Of a stretch of 64,000 nt of DNA, positions 11,643 to 23,887 are shown piece after piece. The stretch is from the NCBI RefSeq assembly GCF_006345805.1, contig NC_043006.1, forward strand, positions 36,518,001 to 36,582,000, given 5' to 3'. The stretch comes from Octopus sinensis. Lineage: Eukaryota. A program made the position numbers and the translations under genes. Below the pieces are notes generated by a model. That model ran no database searches, was not told where the DNA came from, and saw only the letters and a program-made list of their open reading frames with translations. Position 1 is the first letter of the stretch. Each line of letters opens with the position of its first letter.

Positions 11643-12589
11643 GTAAGTATTCTTATGTATCAAAAATTTTCCAAATGAAGTTTTAAATGTACAGTAGAGC
11701 ACCAAATAAAATATCTTACCACGCTTGATTATATTTCTTATACGTAGACACTGCGTGTGTGTGTGTGTGTGTGTGTGTGTTGTGTGTGTGTGTGTGTGTG
11801 TGGTGTGTGTGTGGTGTGTGTGCGTGCACACTTTTCCAAATCTCTTTGTAATTATGTTTTGTAATGTGTGGCTTATGTAGTAAAACTAAATCAAAAAATA
11901 ATTTCTGGTATTTTCCTATTAATGATAGCCAATTTTATTTACTAAAGGATGAGTATGTAAATTATCACGGTTGTGAGACAGATGTAATACTTGATAGACA
12001 GACTTTTGGAATAACTGTCACTGACTTGTGAAGGATGAAAAAGACAAGGAATTACTTGAATGTTGAAGACTTTATTTACTAACCCTTTTAGTATAAAAGA
12101 ATTGGCTATTGATGATAGGGAAGTACCTGTTTTTTTTTTCTTAATGTAGAATTTCTACAAAACCAGGCAGGAATTCAATTGTTTGCATTACTTTATTTTT
12201 TGAGAGGTGGGGGTGGGATGCTTTCATTTTGCAAAGAAAAGTTTTTTTCTTCCATTTCTAAACTGAAAAAATGGCTACAGTATGTAAAAATACTGCCCAA
12301 GTCTCCAAAAGAAAGCTGAATGAAAGCAGACATGTTTTTAAAAACAAAAGAATACAAATTCATTTTTTAAGTATATATACTTATTTCATAACTCCACCCC
12401 ACCCCTACGCCAAAAAAGAAAATGATTCTGTGTAAAACCATCACAATTTTGAACAATTTAAATGACATAATTAACAATAACAAAGCAGCAAAAAGCAAAT
12501 TCAGAATGACTAGAAAGTTTGAACTGAGAAATGCTGAATACCTTCCATCATTTGCCGAGGTGACCTTGAATAGACAAGCCCTAGATATT

Positions 12590-12810
12590 TATTTCTTTAT
12601 TGCTCACAGAGGGTTAAACATAGAAGAGACAGACAAGGGGATTGAGTTGATTACATCGACCCCAGTGATTAACTGGTACTTATTTAATCGACCTTGAATG
12701 GAGGAAAGGCAAAGTCGACCTCGGTGGAATTTGAACTCAGAACATAACAGCAAACGAAATGCCACTAGGCATTTTGCCCGGCGTGCTAACGTTTCTGCCA
12801 GCTCACTGCC
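12590..12810 (-). mobile_element. tRNA-derived SINE with Meta-domain-like core
   Basis: Reverse strand: gagctggcagaaacgttagcacgccgggc...gagttcaaattccaccgaggtcgactttgcctttcc...gtcgattaaataagtaccag. Confidence 0.8.
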
Positions 12811-14347
12811 TTTAGAAATCATTATTACTACAATACAACCATGAAATAGTAACCAAATCTTTCTCAAATTGTATTGTACTGTCTTTTAAAAAAACATCTT
12901 TAATTATATAGTCTTAGATACATTTCATCTGAATGAATGAAAGAGTACCACAACTGGAGTACTGTTGATCAGATGTCCGCATGATCAGGTTGACCAGGGG
13001 CTAAAGAATAACAACAGCAGTCAGGAACAAAAAAAAAAAAGCAATAAATTTCAGAAGCATTTGGAAGTATATTCTACTTCCTTTGACTTATTCAAGTTTG
13101 GTATCAAAATCTTAAGGCCTGCCTAAGTGAATTCTTGGTGTTGTTGTTTAACCACAGGTCATTCCTAGTGTTTCTGTCATGACCATCTTAATTTCTTCAC
13201 ACAGTGTTTGTAAGCATATTATTGAATATGCTTTCCCATTAAAAAAAGAATTATGATTTAGCTGCTACTTCATGCAAATCAAGTAATGCTCTAAGAATTC
13301 CTATGTTAGCTCAACTTAAGTAGATAAAAATAAGCAAGTAACAGAAAAAGTGAAAACAAAAGAAATTTATAAATCATTTCTTTTGTCTGTTGTTAACAAA
13401 AAAAAACCCTGCACCCTCCTCTTCCTATCTAAAAAAAAAAATAACAAAATATTGGGATTGAGTAAGGATTAAGACATCATCAGTAAAATGAGATAATCCT
13501 TACAGCTCTACTGTTATTGAATGTGTTCCAAGGATTAAGTTAAGAAGAAATAGATTTCTTGGCAAAAAGAAAACAAGAGAAAATGGAAAGATTAAGAAGT
13601 ATTAAAATATATGAAGTGGAAGGTTTGAACTTAAGCGGCAGCTGTGTGTGTGTGTGTGTGTGTATGAGCAGAAGAGAGAAAGAGTGGTGGGGAGCATGTA
13701 CATATATTTACATGAGTGTGTGAAGGAAGGAGGGGAGAAAGAATGTACATGTAGGAGCATATATTTACATGTGTGTGTGTGCTCAATTGCTTGTGAATAT
13801 ATTTGTGACTCATCTGTGTAAGTATATTGGTATATTCATACACCAGAAAATGAAACCATTTGTTTGAATGATTGCATGCACATATGCTATATGCACTGTA
13901 TTTATGCACAACACAGCATAAATCAGAATTTAAACAAATTTAAACTGTATAAAGCCCTACCATGGGTTAAATAAGAATTAAAATTATAAACACATCTTCT
14001 TTATACTGTTGTTGTATAGAAAAAGGAGGAGAAAGTTTCCATTGTCTGCAAACAAAAACATTGTCAATAATTTCAAGATATACTGAATTTAAAAGTATGT
14101 CCAAAACCAAAATTGTAAGTCATACCAGTTATTATCAGAGAAAAAATCTATTGTACTACCTAAAGTAGTTGGACATCAAAAGCTCCAAAAATCTTCTGTC
14201 TTGGAAACAGTTCATATTCTTAGAAAGGTACTTTCTTTACTTTCTTTATAAGAAAAACATCTACAAAAATCAGTATTTTATATCCATACCCGACAATGAA
14301 ATAACAGTGATGATGATGATGATGATGATGATAATAATAACAATAAC

Positions 14348-14722
14348 AACAAGAGCACTCAGAAAGCGCAAACCTTTTGCCAAGGCAACACCAATATTCT
14401 CTCAATGATTAACCAGAGATGATTTTTTTTTTAAATGAGAATATCCGAAATAAACTCAACTGCTCTCACAAATGAGAATACTAAAACTGAACCTGACCGC
14501 TCACAAAAATTAAGTAAAAAAATTGGAAAAATAATTCTGAATCCTTGTCCAGTACCAGATTGATCCCAAAATCTAATCAGTGCATGCCAGACACGAAGCA
14601 AAACATCCCTGAAAGTTTCATCCAAATCCATCCAGCGGTTCTTGAGACATCTTGCCCATGAACAAACAAACAAATAAACACAACTGAAAACAATACCTCC
14701 ACCTTCGCTAAGGTGAAGGTAT
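14348..14722 (+). mobile_element. Helentron-associated (HINE/DINE-like) non-autonomous element
   Basis: 5' subterminal accttttgccaagg, internal ttcatccaaatccatccagcggttcttgag, (CAAA)n, and 3' stem-loop accttcgc-taag-gtgaaggt; inserted between (AAT)n tracts. Confidence 0.55.
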
Positions 14723-14753
<31 letters not shown>

Positions 14754-15841
14754 GATAATAATAATAATGATAATGATGATGATAATAATAATAATAGTAG
14801 TAGTAAGGAAGAGGATATTGACTAAAACAACTAGTGGGCTGGCTTTCCCTTCATCCATAACAACACAAAAACCTCTGCTTCACCACTACCACCACCCACA
14901 CGCATTTCCATCTCATATTGAATTTAATAATTTAGTTTCAACTCTACTGTGTCAATTTACAAAAGCTATATGTTGTCTAATTAGAACATTGCAAACCACT
15001 GCAATATGTTATAATATGAAATCAAACAACTGCAGCACATGTGCATCTGTGTATGCAATACGATGCCAACACTACTATAACATGCAATCAATTGGTTACA
15101 AACTATAGCACTGTTGCCCAATTATAGAGACATTCAATTATCAAGAGAACATTGGATTCTAATTAGAATAAAACATGGCATTATAGTAAGCATGCAGCGC
15201 ACGCACACACACACACAACTGATAATCTAATATATGTGTACATACACACAAGCACTGAGAGAAATGCACTTACACATAAATGTACTCAACCAGAAATATA
15301 TATACACACACACACACACAAACAAACAATCTCTGACAGAATAAAGTATGCACATAAAAACAAGCAAATAATGTCAAATATACTTGCACACATATTACAA
15401 GACAAGTACACACACACAGACACACACACACAGTCATCCTACAATATGCACAGTTACACACAAATATTTGTAACATACACACAAATAAATATGCTGTCAC
15501 ATGCACAACCTTAGATTAAAATGCATACATGCATAATTATACAAAAATGCAAAAGAAATGGCTTAAAACATAAATATAGTAATGAATATACACACACACA
15601 TGCATGAGCACACACCTACCTATTCACCCATCATTTCTCTTCCCCCCACTTCTTCTCTCTCTCAAATGTAGTCAGCCAAATCTTTCTGAAATTCCTCCCT
15701 GCCATTTTAAAAATGGATGATATATTTGAAAATGTTATTTGGAAATGAGATGGGATAACCATAGCCAGAATGCCTGTGACCACACATCTGCTGACCTGGG
15801 CTAAACAACAATAACACACACACTCTTATGCAGCCTCTTAA

Positions 15842-16062
15842 CTCTTTTGTTACTGTATTTATTTTGAGATGCTCTGTGTTTATTTCAATTACTTTAAATT
15901 ATAACAAAGAATTTAGTAAAATAACTTAGTTATCATTCAGCTAGTGTTAGGAACATAAATTGTGACTAAGGTTTAGAGGAAGATTTTAATTTAAATCTTA
16001 TGAAAACAAGACATTTGTACTCAGAGCCAGAGCCAGTTTCATCCAGGTTGGTAATGAAAGGG
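15842..16062. mobile_element. piggyBac-like MITE flanked by TTAA
   Basis: TTAA|ctcttttgttac ... gtaatgaaaggg|TTAA; a related copy in the opposite orientation lies at 33114-33329. Confidence 0.7.
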
Positions 16063-16334
16063 TTAAATACATATTCAAACAATCAAAAGTACCTTATCAG
16101 ACTACATATAGTTCACTCTGCTATTCCTTGGTATCTTCTTAAAAGACATGGAGTGTTAGCACTAAATATTTGTCATCTAATATAGGTCATGTTCTACCTC
16201 ACACCATCCTTGGTCAAGCATCATAATACCTTTTTTTTTTGTTTTCCATTGTGTTCTTCTGCAGTTTTGATGTATTATCTTTTCCTTGGACTTCTCGGTA
16301 AGGTACTTCTATCATCATTAGGCTTTTGACACTA

Positions 16335-16640
16335 TGAGGTGCCAAGTGGCCTGTGACAAGGGTCCTTTGCAATTGATTCCAAACTAGTGAGAAAAACAGT
16401 GGTTAAGAGCGCTAACCCCAAGATTCCGAGTTCGATTCCAGGCAGTGACCTGAATAATAAGAATAGTAATAATAATAATAATAATAACATCATTGAAAAA
16501 TACCTTAGGAATGAGAACCCGGATTCGAAATTTCCCCTAGACACCTGATGAAAGCTGGAGGGTATACCAGCTGAAACATTGTGTTAGCAACAAACAAGAT
16601 GTGGACAAATATCTGTCGATTGTAAATAATGTAAATAGTG
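16335..16640 (+). mobile_element. tRNA-headed SINE-like element with a Penelope-type 3' end
   Basis: A-box cagtggttaag (about 16398), B-box gttcgattcc (16430-16439), (AAT)n linker, then the CTGATGA...GAAAC motif. Confidence 0.65.
16540..16585 (+). ncRNA. Minimal type I hammerhead ribozyme motif, probably inactivated
   Basis: Stem I gacac/gtgtt; core CUGAUGA (16545-16551) plus an extra A; perfect stem II agctgg/ccagct with an 8-nt loop; GAAAC; then AUU. Stem III has a C-A mismatch where a palindromic AACGUU is expected. Confidence 0.6.
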
Positions 16641-17459
16641 AGCAAAAGTTCTCCATTTTTTAGTGTATAGACAAGCTATTTGCCAGCATTTGTGGAGAGA
16701 ACTGAGATGTCAGCAATGTTTATATCAAGTTGGTTATTGATCTCGGCCAAAAAAGAATAAAATTTCAAAAATCCATCTTTGAGATGATAATAGGCTAGTG
16801 AAGTTTTCTAATAGAATAGAAACATTTCCAGTCAAAAATGACAATTTCTTTGCTAGCAGATAATGACTAATGATTAAGTTTCTCATGCATAAAGAAATAC
16901 TGAGTGTTCAAGTGCAGAATATATATAATTCAGCACTAAGAATAATAACCACAAATCACGTAGATTGTTAGAAGTTCTAGCCAGTCACTTTCTCCTTTAA
17001 ATTTCTTCAAAAGTATCATCCTCATTTGTGATTACTGAACCCAAAACTCACAAACTGAAATTTTTCCGGAATCAATGTGCCAGAAAAATTAAACCCCACA
17101 TAAACATAATTGCATGTTTTCACACATATACATGCAGTTTCCCATAAAACTGTAACATACTAAAATACAAATATATACACACATATGACATGTTCACAAG
17201 TGTTGAACACATTCTCTAAAGCTGTGTAAACACACACACGCACTCATATACACATGCACAAATTGGTTTCTATAGCTGTGTAAACACACATATTGTCTAA
17301 CTCATAAATCGTCTTCATGCGAACACACTCATAAAATAACTGCACATCTACATTTCCAGATGTGTAAAAAAACTATACCAATGCATCATAATAAGTCAGG
17401 GTTCCGTCATCTTGCTCTGACACAGCCAACTAGTCTAGATTTCCAGCTGGAAAATTACT

Positions 17460-17488
17460 ATCACACCACCATCACCACAGAAACAATA

Positions 17489-17520
<32 letters not shown>

Positions 17521-17580
17521 CACTACTACTACTACTACTACTACTATTACTACTATTACTACTATTACTACTACTACTAG

Positions 17581-17613
<33 letters not shown>

Positions 17614-17870
17614 CACCACCATCACCACCACCACCTATCTTTTTGAGGTATATTTACCTCCAGATATTTCTACCTTAACCACCACCACCACCACCACCAC
17701 CACTACTAGCCATCACTATAACTTTTGCTATCACCCCTACCTTCTGCTAGAAACATTACTTCAGTCATTACTGCTATTACTACTACTACTACCACCACCA
17801 CCACCACTACCACCACCACCACAAATCATCATCAGTATTATCATCGCAACCACCATCACCAGCAATACTA
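17460..17870. repeat. Compound (ACT)n/(ACC)n trinucleotide tract
   Basis: Direct reading; it accounts for the poly-Thr/poly-Pro ORFs in the track. Confidence 0.95.
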
Positions 17871-18366
17871 CATTGACAAAGTAACAGCAGAAACAAAACT
17901 GGTTAGATAGAGGAGGTGTATATGAACATTTGTATTGTTGGTTGAATACTTAATTGGGTAAATGTTGCGAGAGGGAGTAGTGGTGGAATGGGGTAGAGTA
18001 GTAGGAGAAAAAGGGATGGTAGGAAAGGAGATAGGTGAGGTGTTAATGCTGTTGCTAGGTATGTAAAAAGAGTAAGTGTTGAAGTGGTCAGAAGAGAAAA
18101 TATAAGAAGGTAGGCAGGTATTCATGGATGGCAATATAATAAGTGTATGGAGTAGAGGGGCATGTCATTGATGAGGTTGTGAATGGCAACAAAAGAATTT
18201 CAGGAAACCTAGCTGAATGAGTGATTGTCAGAATGACTAATCAATTGATTAATTAAATGGTTAATAGCCAATCAGCAAGTAATATATTAAAGAAGTGAAA
18301 AAGAGTAAATGAGTGTGTTTGTTATTGGCATAACGGCCCTCCCAAGGGGGTGGTGTGACATGTTTG

Positions 18367-18464
18367 CAAGGAAAAGGTTGACAATTGAAGTTTTGGTGCA
18401 GTTGCCTTCATCAGACAAAGGCAACTGGGATGAAACTTTGAAGCTGTTGTCAACATTTTCCTTG
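18367..18464. repeat. Imperfect hairpin centred on a CTGATGA core (Penelope-like relic)
   Basis: aaggaaaaggttgacaa...cagttgcctt pairs with aaggcaactg...ttgtcaacattttcctt; the minus strand reads CTGATGAaggcaactgcaccAAAACttcaattGTC. Confidence 0.55.
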
Positions 18465-18753
18465 TTAAAATAAAATAATATGATACTCTACTTGAGTCTT
18501 TAATTGATCTTTCAATTAATGCTTGACTGTTTTTATATATAACTCTTCATTAATACACACACATACCTATGCGCATTATATGAACACAAGTGAGTGGACA
18601 AACAAAAGAAGGGCACTCAACACATTTATTGAGAGTTACATGTATGGATTTGAATCAAACTGTTTTGATCCATATATATATATGTATATATATACACACA
18701 CACATATATATACATATATACATATATATATATATACATACAGTATATATATA

Positions 18754-18791
<38 letters not shown>

Positions 18792-18799
18792 GTGAGAAT

Positions 18800-18925
18800 T
18801 TACAAAAAGGATGAAGACAGGTGTGTAAACAACAAACAGATGTATTAGTTTAACGGTCGGGAAGTGAGAAAGTCTTTTACATTTCGAGCCTATGCTCTTC
18901 AACAGAAAGGAAGAGAGAAATAAAT
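18800..18925 (-). mobile_element. Penelope-like pseudo-LTR fragment with a decayed hammerhead motif (18874-18909)
   Basis: Minus strand: cttt-CTGTTGA-A-gagc-atag-gctc-GAAA-T-GTA-aaag. Stems I and II are intact; the core has two substitutions. Confidence 0.5.
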
Positions 18926-19273
18926 AGGGAGATATATGAGAGAGAGAGAGAGTTTTTGAAGTGATGTACAGATATTGTGTAGTTAGAATAATAAGGTAGT
19001 CAGAATGTTGGATGATAATATATATATATTTTTTTTTATTTACATCTTATTTACATTTTTAGTGCTTTCTTCCATTATTGGAATTGTTAAAAAATGGTTC
19101 AAATTTTTATTTCTTGGCCTTTTCATAAAGAATTTCCTAGGCTTTGCCAAGCAAGGGAGAAGAAAGAAGAAAACAATTTTTTGAGAAGGAGGGGGAGGTA
19201 AAGAGCTTTTGTATGGTCAGACTTGTTTGCTTAGTACTTAGTGGCCTTTTAAGGTGGTGGAGGAAAAAGAATT

Positions 19274-19343
19274 GAATACTAAACAAAAACACATTATTTA
19301 CAGTATTATAATACTGTAAATAATGTGTTTTTGTTTAGTATTC
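19274..19343. repeat. Perfect 70-bp palindrome with no spacer
   Basis: gaatactaaacaaaaacacattatttacagtatta is followed immediately by its exact reverse complement. Confidence 0.97.
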
Positions 19344-21696
19344 TGTCTTTTCTTCCAATAATAATTAGTTTTGGAATTTGTGACATTAATGCCTTTCCTA
19401 ACAGTATTAATGGTGTAAGTTGCATGAAATGAAATAAAAGAACTGCATCCATAGAATGAGAAACCTATTTGAAGGCTCTGTTTAACAGCAGTTTATCTTT
19501 TATTTTATTTTATGAAATTTCCATGTGAGTGGGTGAGTGAGTTGGGGGACAGAATGAATGATTGTGTGAGATAATCTTATTTGTATTTCTTGGCAGAATT
19601 AGTGTCATCTTATTTTCTCTTGCAAAAGCAATGAAACCTTGATACATAAAAACAATATACCATCTGCATACAATAAGCCAGAATGTGTGTGGGTATGTGT
19701 TTAAGCTGTTGTAAGATTAAATGATGTATTTGTGATGTAGGATGTGGGATACTTTCATGAAATGTTAAGTCACCTCCTGAGTGTTTTAACTGGTTATCAG
19801 TTGTCCACTAGTTTGTAATGATACAATGTCCACCTGTCATGATGTTAAACACCTTTTGCAGGAGGTGGGCAGCTAAGCAGCACTGATCTGATACCACATC
19901 TACTGCTAATGTTTTATAACCACCAGTATATTCTCATCATTGTTATTACTGATGCTAATGTCATTTTTATCATTATCAGCATCCCCCCCACCTTCATTAT
20001 CATCATCTTCAGCAAGTTATTGAAAGAGCTTATACATGGCTCGCTTAACCCAATTCTTTCAAATCACATCCTCAATTAGTGTGATTCTATCACTTCTATA
20101 CAAATGTTATTCAAACAACAACTCAGATGGTTTAGGGATCTACTTCCATATTATGTAATTGGGCTAAAATATGAATGATTTGTCAGCAAACAAATAGATC
20201 TCTATAAACTTAACTCTTTTTCTTTCAGTAATTAAACTAATGGATTTCTTACATAGGCACTAGGCTACAGATATTTAGGTGAAGGTTCTAATTGATCAAA
20301 TCAAACCTCCACGAGAAATGCATGAGTGGTAAGTTTCACTCTGGCAAGATCTGTGGTCGGAATGTTGAAAAAAATGAAACTAAATGTTGTGAAATATTTT
20401 GTGCAGTGATGCAGATTACTATCATTGCCACTGCTACTTTTGTTGTCGTCATCCTTATGGTATTGAGGAGAATCAGGATAAAATATCCTAATGTAATTTA
20501 TGTGTATGTGTGTGTGTGTGTGTGTTTATGTATGTATGTATGTATATACATACATGTGTGCACGCATACACATATTCCACTGCAGTTAAAAACAACTATA
20601 AGTATAAAGATCTCTCTCATGTGTGTGTATATATATATATATATATATGTATGTATAATGAATTAAAGAGAAGAAAAGCAAACAGATACCCAGAATGTAG
20701 TGATAGGAAAAAAATGATAAAAACTAAAGTCCCTTTTCTCTTTCCTGCCTTCATAATAATGGGTGCATTGGGAATGACAAAAGGAGAACATGAACAATTA
20801 TATAACCCAAGATCTCAAGATTTACAAATGTACATTAAATACAGAAGAAAAGAAACAAAACTAAAACCAGTATAAGAAGCAACTAGCACTAAACAGGTAG
20901 CGCACTCGTATTACATAGATTATTATGAAGACATTGGTTGAAACCAAAAGAAAATTGTATGTACCTAGAGAACACACTCGCAAATGCACATGTACAATTA
21001 CACTCTCAGGTGTGCATGCACACAATCTCACTCATACAGATAAACACATATGCCATACAATAAAAGCACAAAAGGCATTTCTTGGTGTTACTGTGAAAAA
21101 CTTCTATGCAATCATAGAAGACATAATGATGGAGTTAGCCAAGGTTTCCCTCTTTTTGTCTTCTTATTTGATTTCTTTTTCCTTTTTCTCTATTCTTCTT
21201 CCCTGTTCTGTCTTCTTGATTTTTTCATCTTCATTTTCTTTCTTCTGCCTTCTTCACATTCTTCCCAAATTTCTTGTGCGTCAACACGAATCTGCCCATT
21301 TGTTGGCATGTGTTTTTGTGGTAGTGGTGGAGTGTTTGTTAGTCAACTGAGTTGACCCTCCTAGTGCATACCTACTGCTTATTTTATCATCCCTGGAAAG
21401 GTGGAAAATAAGCCAGTTGTAGCAGGATTTGCACTTGGTAATACTATAAGGCATTGATACTTTATTGTTTCTGCTTTTCATCTCACTGTCAAGTGATAAA
21501 TATTTTGCCTTTACCACTACTTTTATGAACGTTTTCAAGAGATGATGAAAGATGCAGCCCTGAACCTTGCTTATGACAACCCAGTTTCACCCTGTGTCTT
21601 GTATCAAATACAATTTTATTTATTGTATTTTTCTAACCACTGTAAATTCACTCATTTATATATATATATTTATTTATTTATTTATTTATATTTATT

Positions 21697-21891
21697 TATT
21701 GTATAAAGGATTGTGGGTAAGGCCAGAACAATGCGAAGTAAATGCAAGGCAAATCCCAAGAAAACAAATATATAAATTAATGTAGACTTAGCTTGTATTC
21801 AATATTTATAACCCCATTTTCGAGAAATTTGGGATTTGCCTCGCATTTACTTCACATTGTTCCGGCCTTACCCACGATCCTTTATACAATA
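21697..21891. mobile_element. MITE with ~63-bp TIRs
   Basis: tattgtataaaggattgtgggtaaggccagaacaatgcgaagtaaatgcaaggcaaatcccaa versus the reverse complement of 21829-21891: 4 mismatches, all CpG-type transitions. Confidence 0.8.
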
Positions 21892-22525
21892 TATTCTACA
21901 CAATGTTTCATAGTAATTATTCCATTATAATACACACACGCACACACATGTATATTTATCAAAATAAGTAACATGATTTCAAATAGTAATGCAGTACAAC
22001 CGTTTCAAGTGGCTCCATTTAACTGAACAATGCAATCATTACATCAATTTAAATACAGCGCTATCTTCAGCTGCACAAATATGGATTTTCAACAGACCAG
22101 ATATATTAATTTTTCTTAAATATTTTAACAGAGTAAGAAAATGGAAGAAATTCATGTTGTCACTATTAGCAAGAATAGCTAAGGGAATAAGACTACAATT
22201 TTTAGACTAGCATTGAACACAGTGGGGGTTATACTGCAACACTACTTGAAATCCTGTTACTCATTTTGATTTTATTCATCTTACTTCGAGCTGTGCGGAT
22301 GATACCGGACTGACTTCGTGCTTCAACTTAAGTACCTAATTCAACTGAATCTTAATTACTTCTTCTATATATGTATGGATGGATGGAGAGAGAGAGAGAG
22401 AACCATCTAAGTATCCATTAATCAGAAAAAATGCCCTTGTGTATTTGACAGTAAAGTGGGTGTGTTAATCAAAGTGTACGGTATTATATATCCGTTATGG
22501 CCAATCTTACCAATTGGTTCCATGC

Positions 22526-22658
22526 TAAGGGTTCAATGGAGTGTTAGGTAACAGTTCAATTATGTAACCTTGCACTCTTCAGAGATGACAGTTATGGAAT
22601 GAAATATAGTGCAGGGTTACATAATCTGACTGTTACATAAAACTCTGTTGAACACCTA
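22526..22658. repeat. Imperfect ~50-bp-arm hairpin (old MITE or hairpin RNA)
   Basis: The left arm 22526-22576 pairs with 22608-22658; the inner part is the best conserved (attatgtaacc.tgcact / agtgca.ggttacataat). Confidence 0.65.
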
Positions 22659-23887
22659 GTGCAAAACTAACTGCAATGGATATATAATACTGTGCACTTA
22701 AATTAGCATGTGTGTGTATCTCTGTCCATCTATCTGTCTGTCTATCCACTCATACCTCAAGTAAAAGAAAGGGTGGTCAAGGCTTAATAGGTCTGCTCAA
22801 TCTCAGAAATTTGTCTTTAAACTTATTCATGGTAGTATAGCTGTGTATCTACATACATGTATATTAATATATGTGTAACCATGTTTGTGTGTGTGTATTA
22901 ATGCATGTATGCATATCACTATATTTGTTTCTGTGCTTATAACAATATATGTGTTGGGGCTTTTTCTTTGTCAATTATTCTGTGTGTGTGTAGATGTGCT
23001 GTTCTGTGCATCAAAAAATATATATATACATATGCCAATGTATAACAATATATATGCATGTGTTTGAGTGAATATCAATGTATGCATATCAGTATATCAG
23101 TGTGTGCAGCTGATAATCAACAACAAATGTCCATCAATCATTACTGATCCCATTTGGTAAGTTTTCAACAAAGATTTGAATGAAAATGAAAATATGTATT
23201 ACTTCTTTGCAATTTTTGACATGAAAACATGTATTCTACTACCATGTTAAATTTCTTGCATTCATTCTTAGTTCTGTTGTGTTAATATGTTGGTATCAAA
23301 GGAATTATCATCGGGTGGGCTGGGAGGCAAGCTGGCTGGCTGGCTGGTTGGTTGTCACATGATAAGGAAACAGGTAGTTGGCTTACATGTATATCTTTCA
23401 TTGTGTATTGACAATAATGGTTAAATTAGAACTTTCATGCTATCGAAATACTTGTAATTGGTAAGTAATGTGATTGCAATCTGAAGGGAAGGCTGTTTCG
23501 AGTAGATTGTAAGATAAGGTTTTACATTAAGCCATCACTTTTGTCTTGGAAGACACATGGGATTTTCGATAGATATCTTACTGATTTTTACATATTTTTG
23601 CCCAAAAGTTAGTGGTATTTGTGGAATATATGGTTGGTGGAGAAAATTTTCCTTATCAGCCTAAATAAATTTTGGATACATGAGACATTACTTTCTTACA
23701 TAAAATATAGGCTGTACTAGCTTGATTTCTTTTGTACTCATCTTATTTTTATCACTGGTAATATATTCTAATTTCTGTTTAAACTTACTTTTTTCAAGGC
23801 ATTATTGAAATAGTGTGTACACTGATTAATTTTTTTTTTTTTTGTTATTGGAAAATATATACTCTTCAGTTAACATTTCTAAACATA

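Noticed and set aside
17360-17910. Thr-rich, mucin-like ORFs
   Set aside because: They are translations of (ACT)n/(ACC)n microsatellites with no splice context; the same applies to the poly-Ile, poly-Ser and His-Thr ORFs elsewhere in the track.
20128-20328. Two small plus-strand pseudo-exons (WFRDLLPYY; VKVLIDQIKPPREMHE)
   Set aside because: They are phase-compatible but have weak acceptors and would break the conserved LDLN-x-x-LL propeptide motif; such GT-AG pairs are expected by chance in 49 kb.
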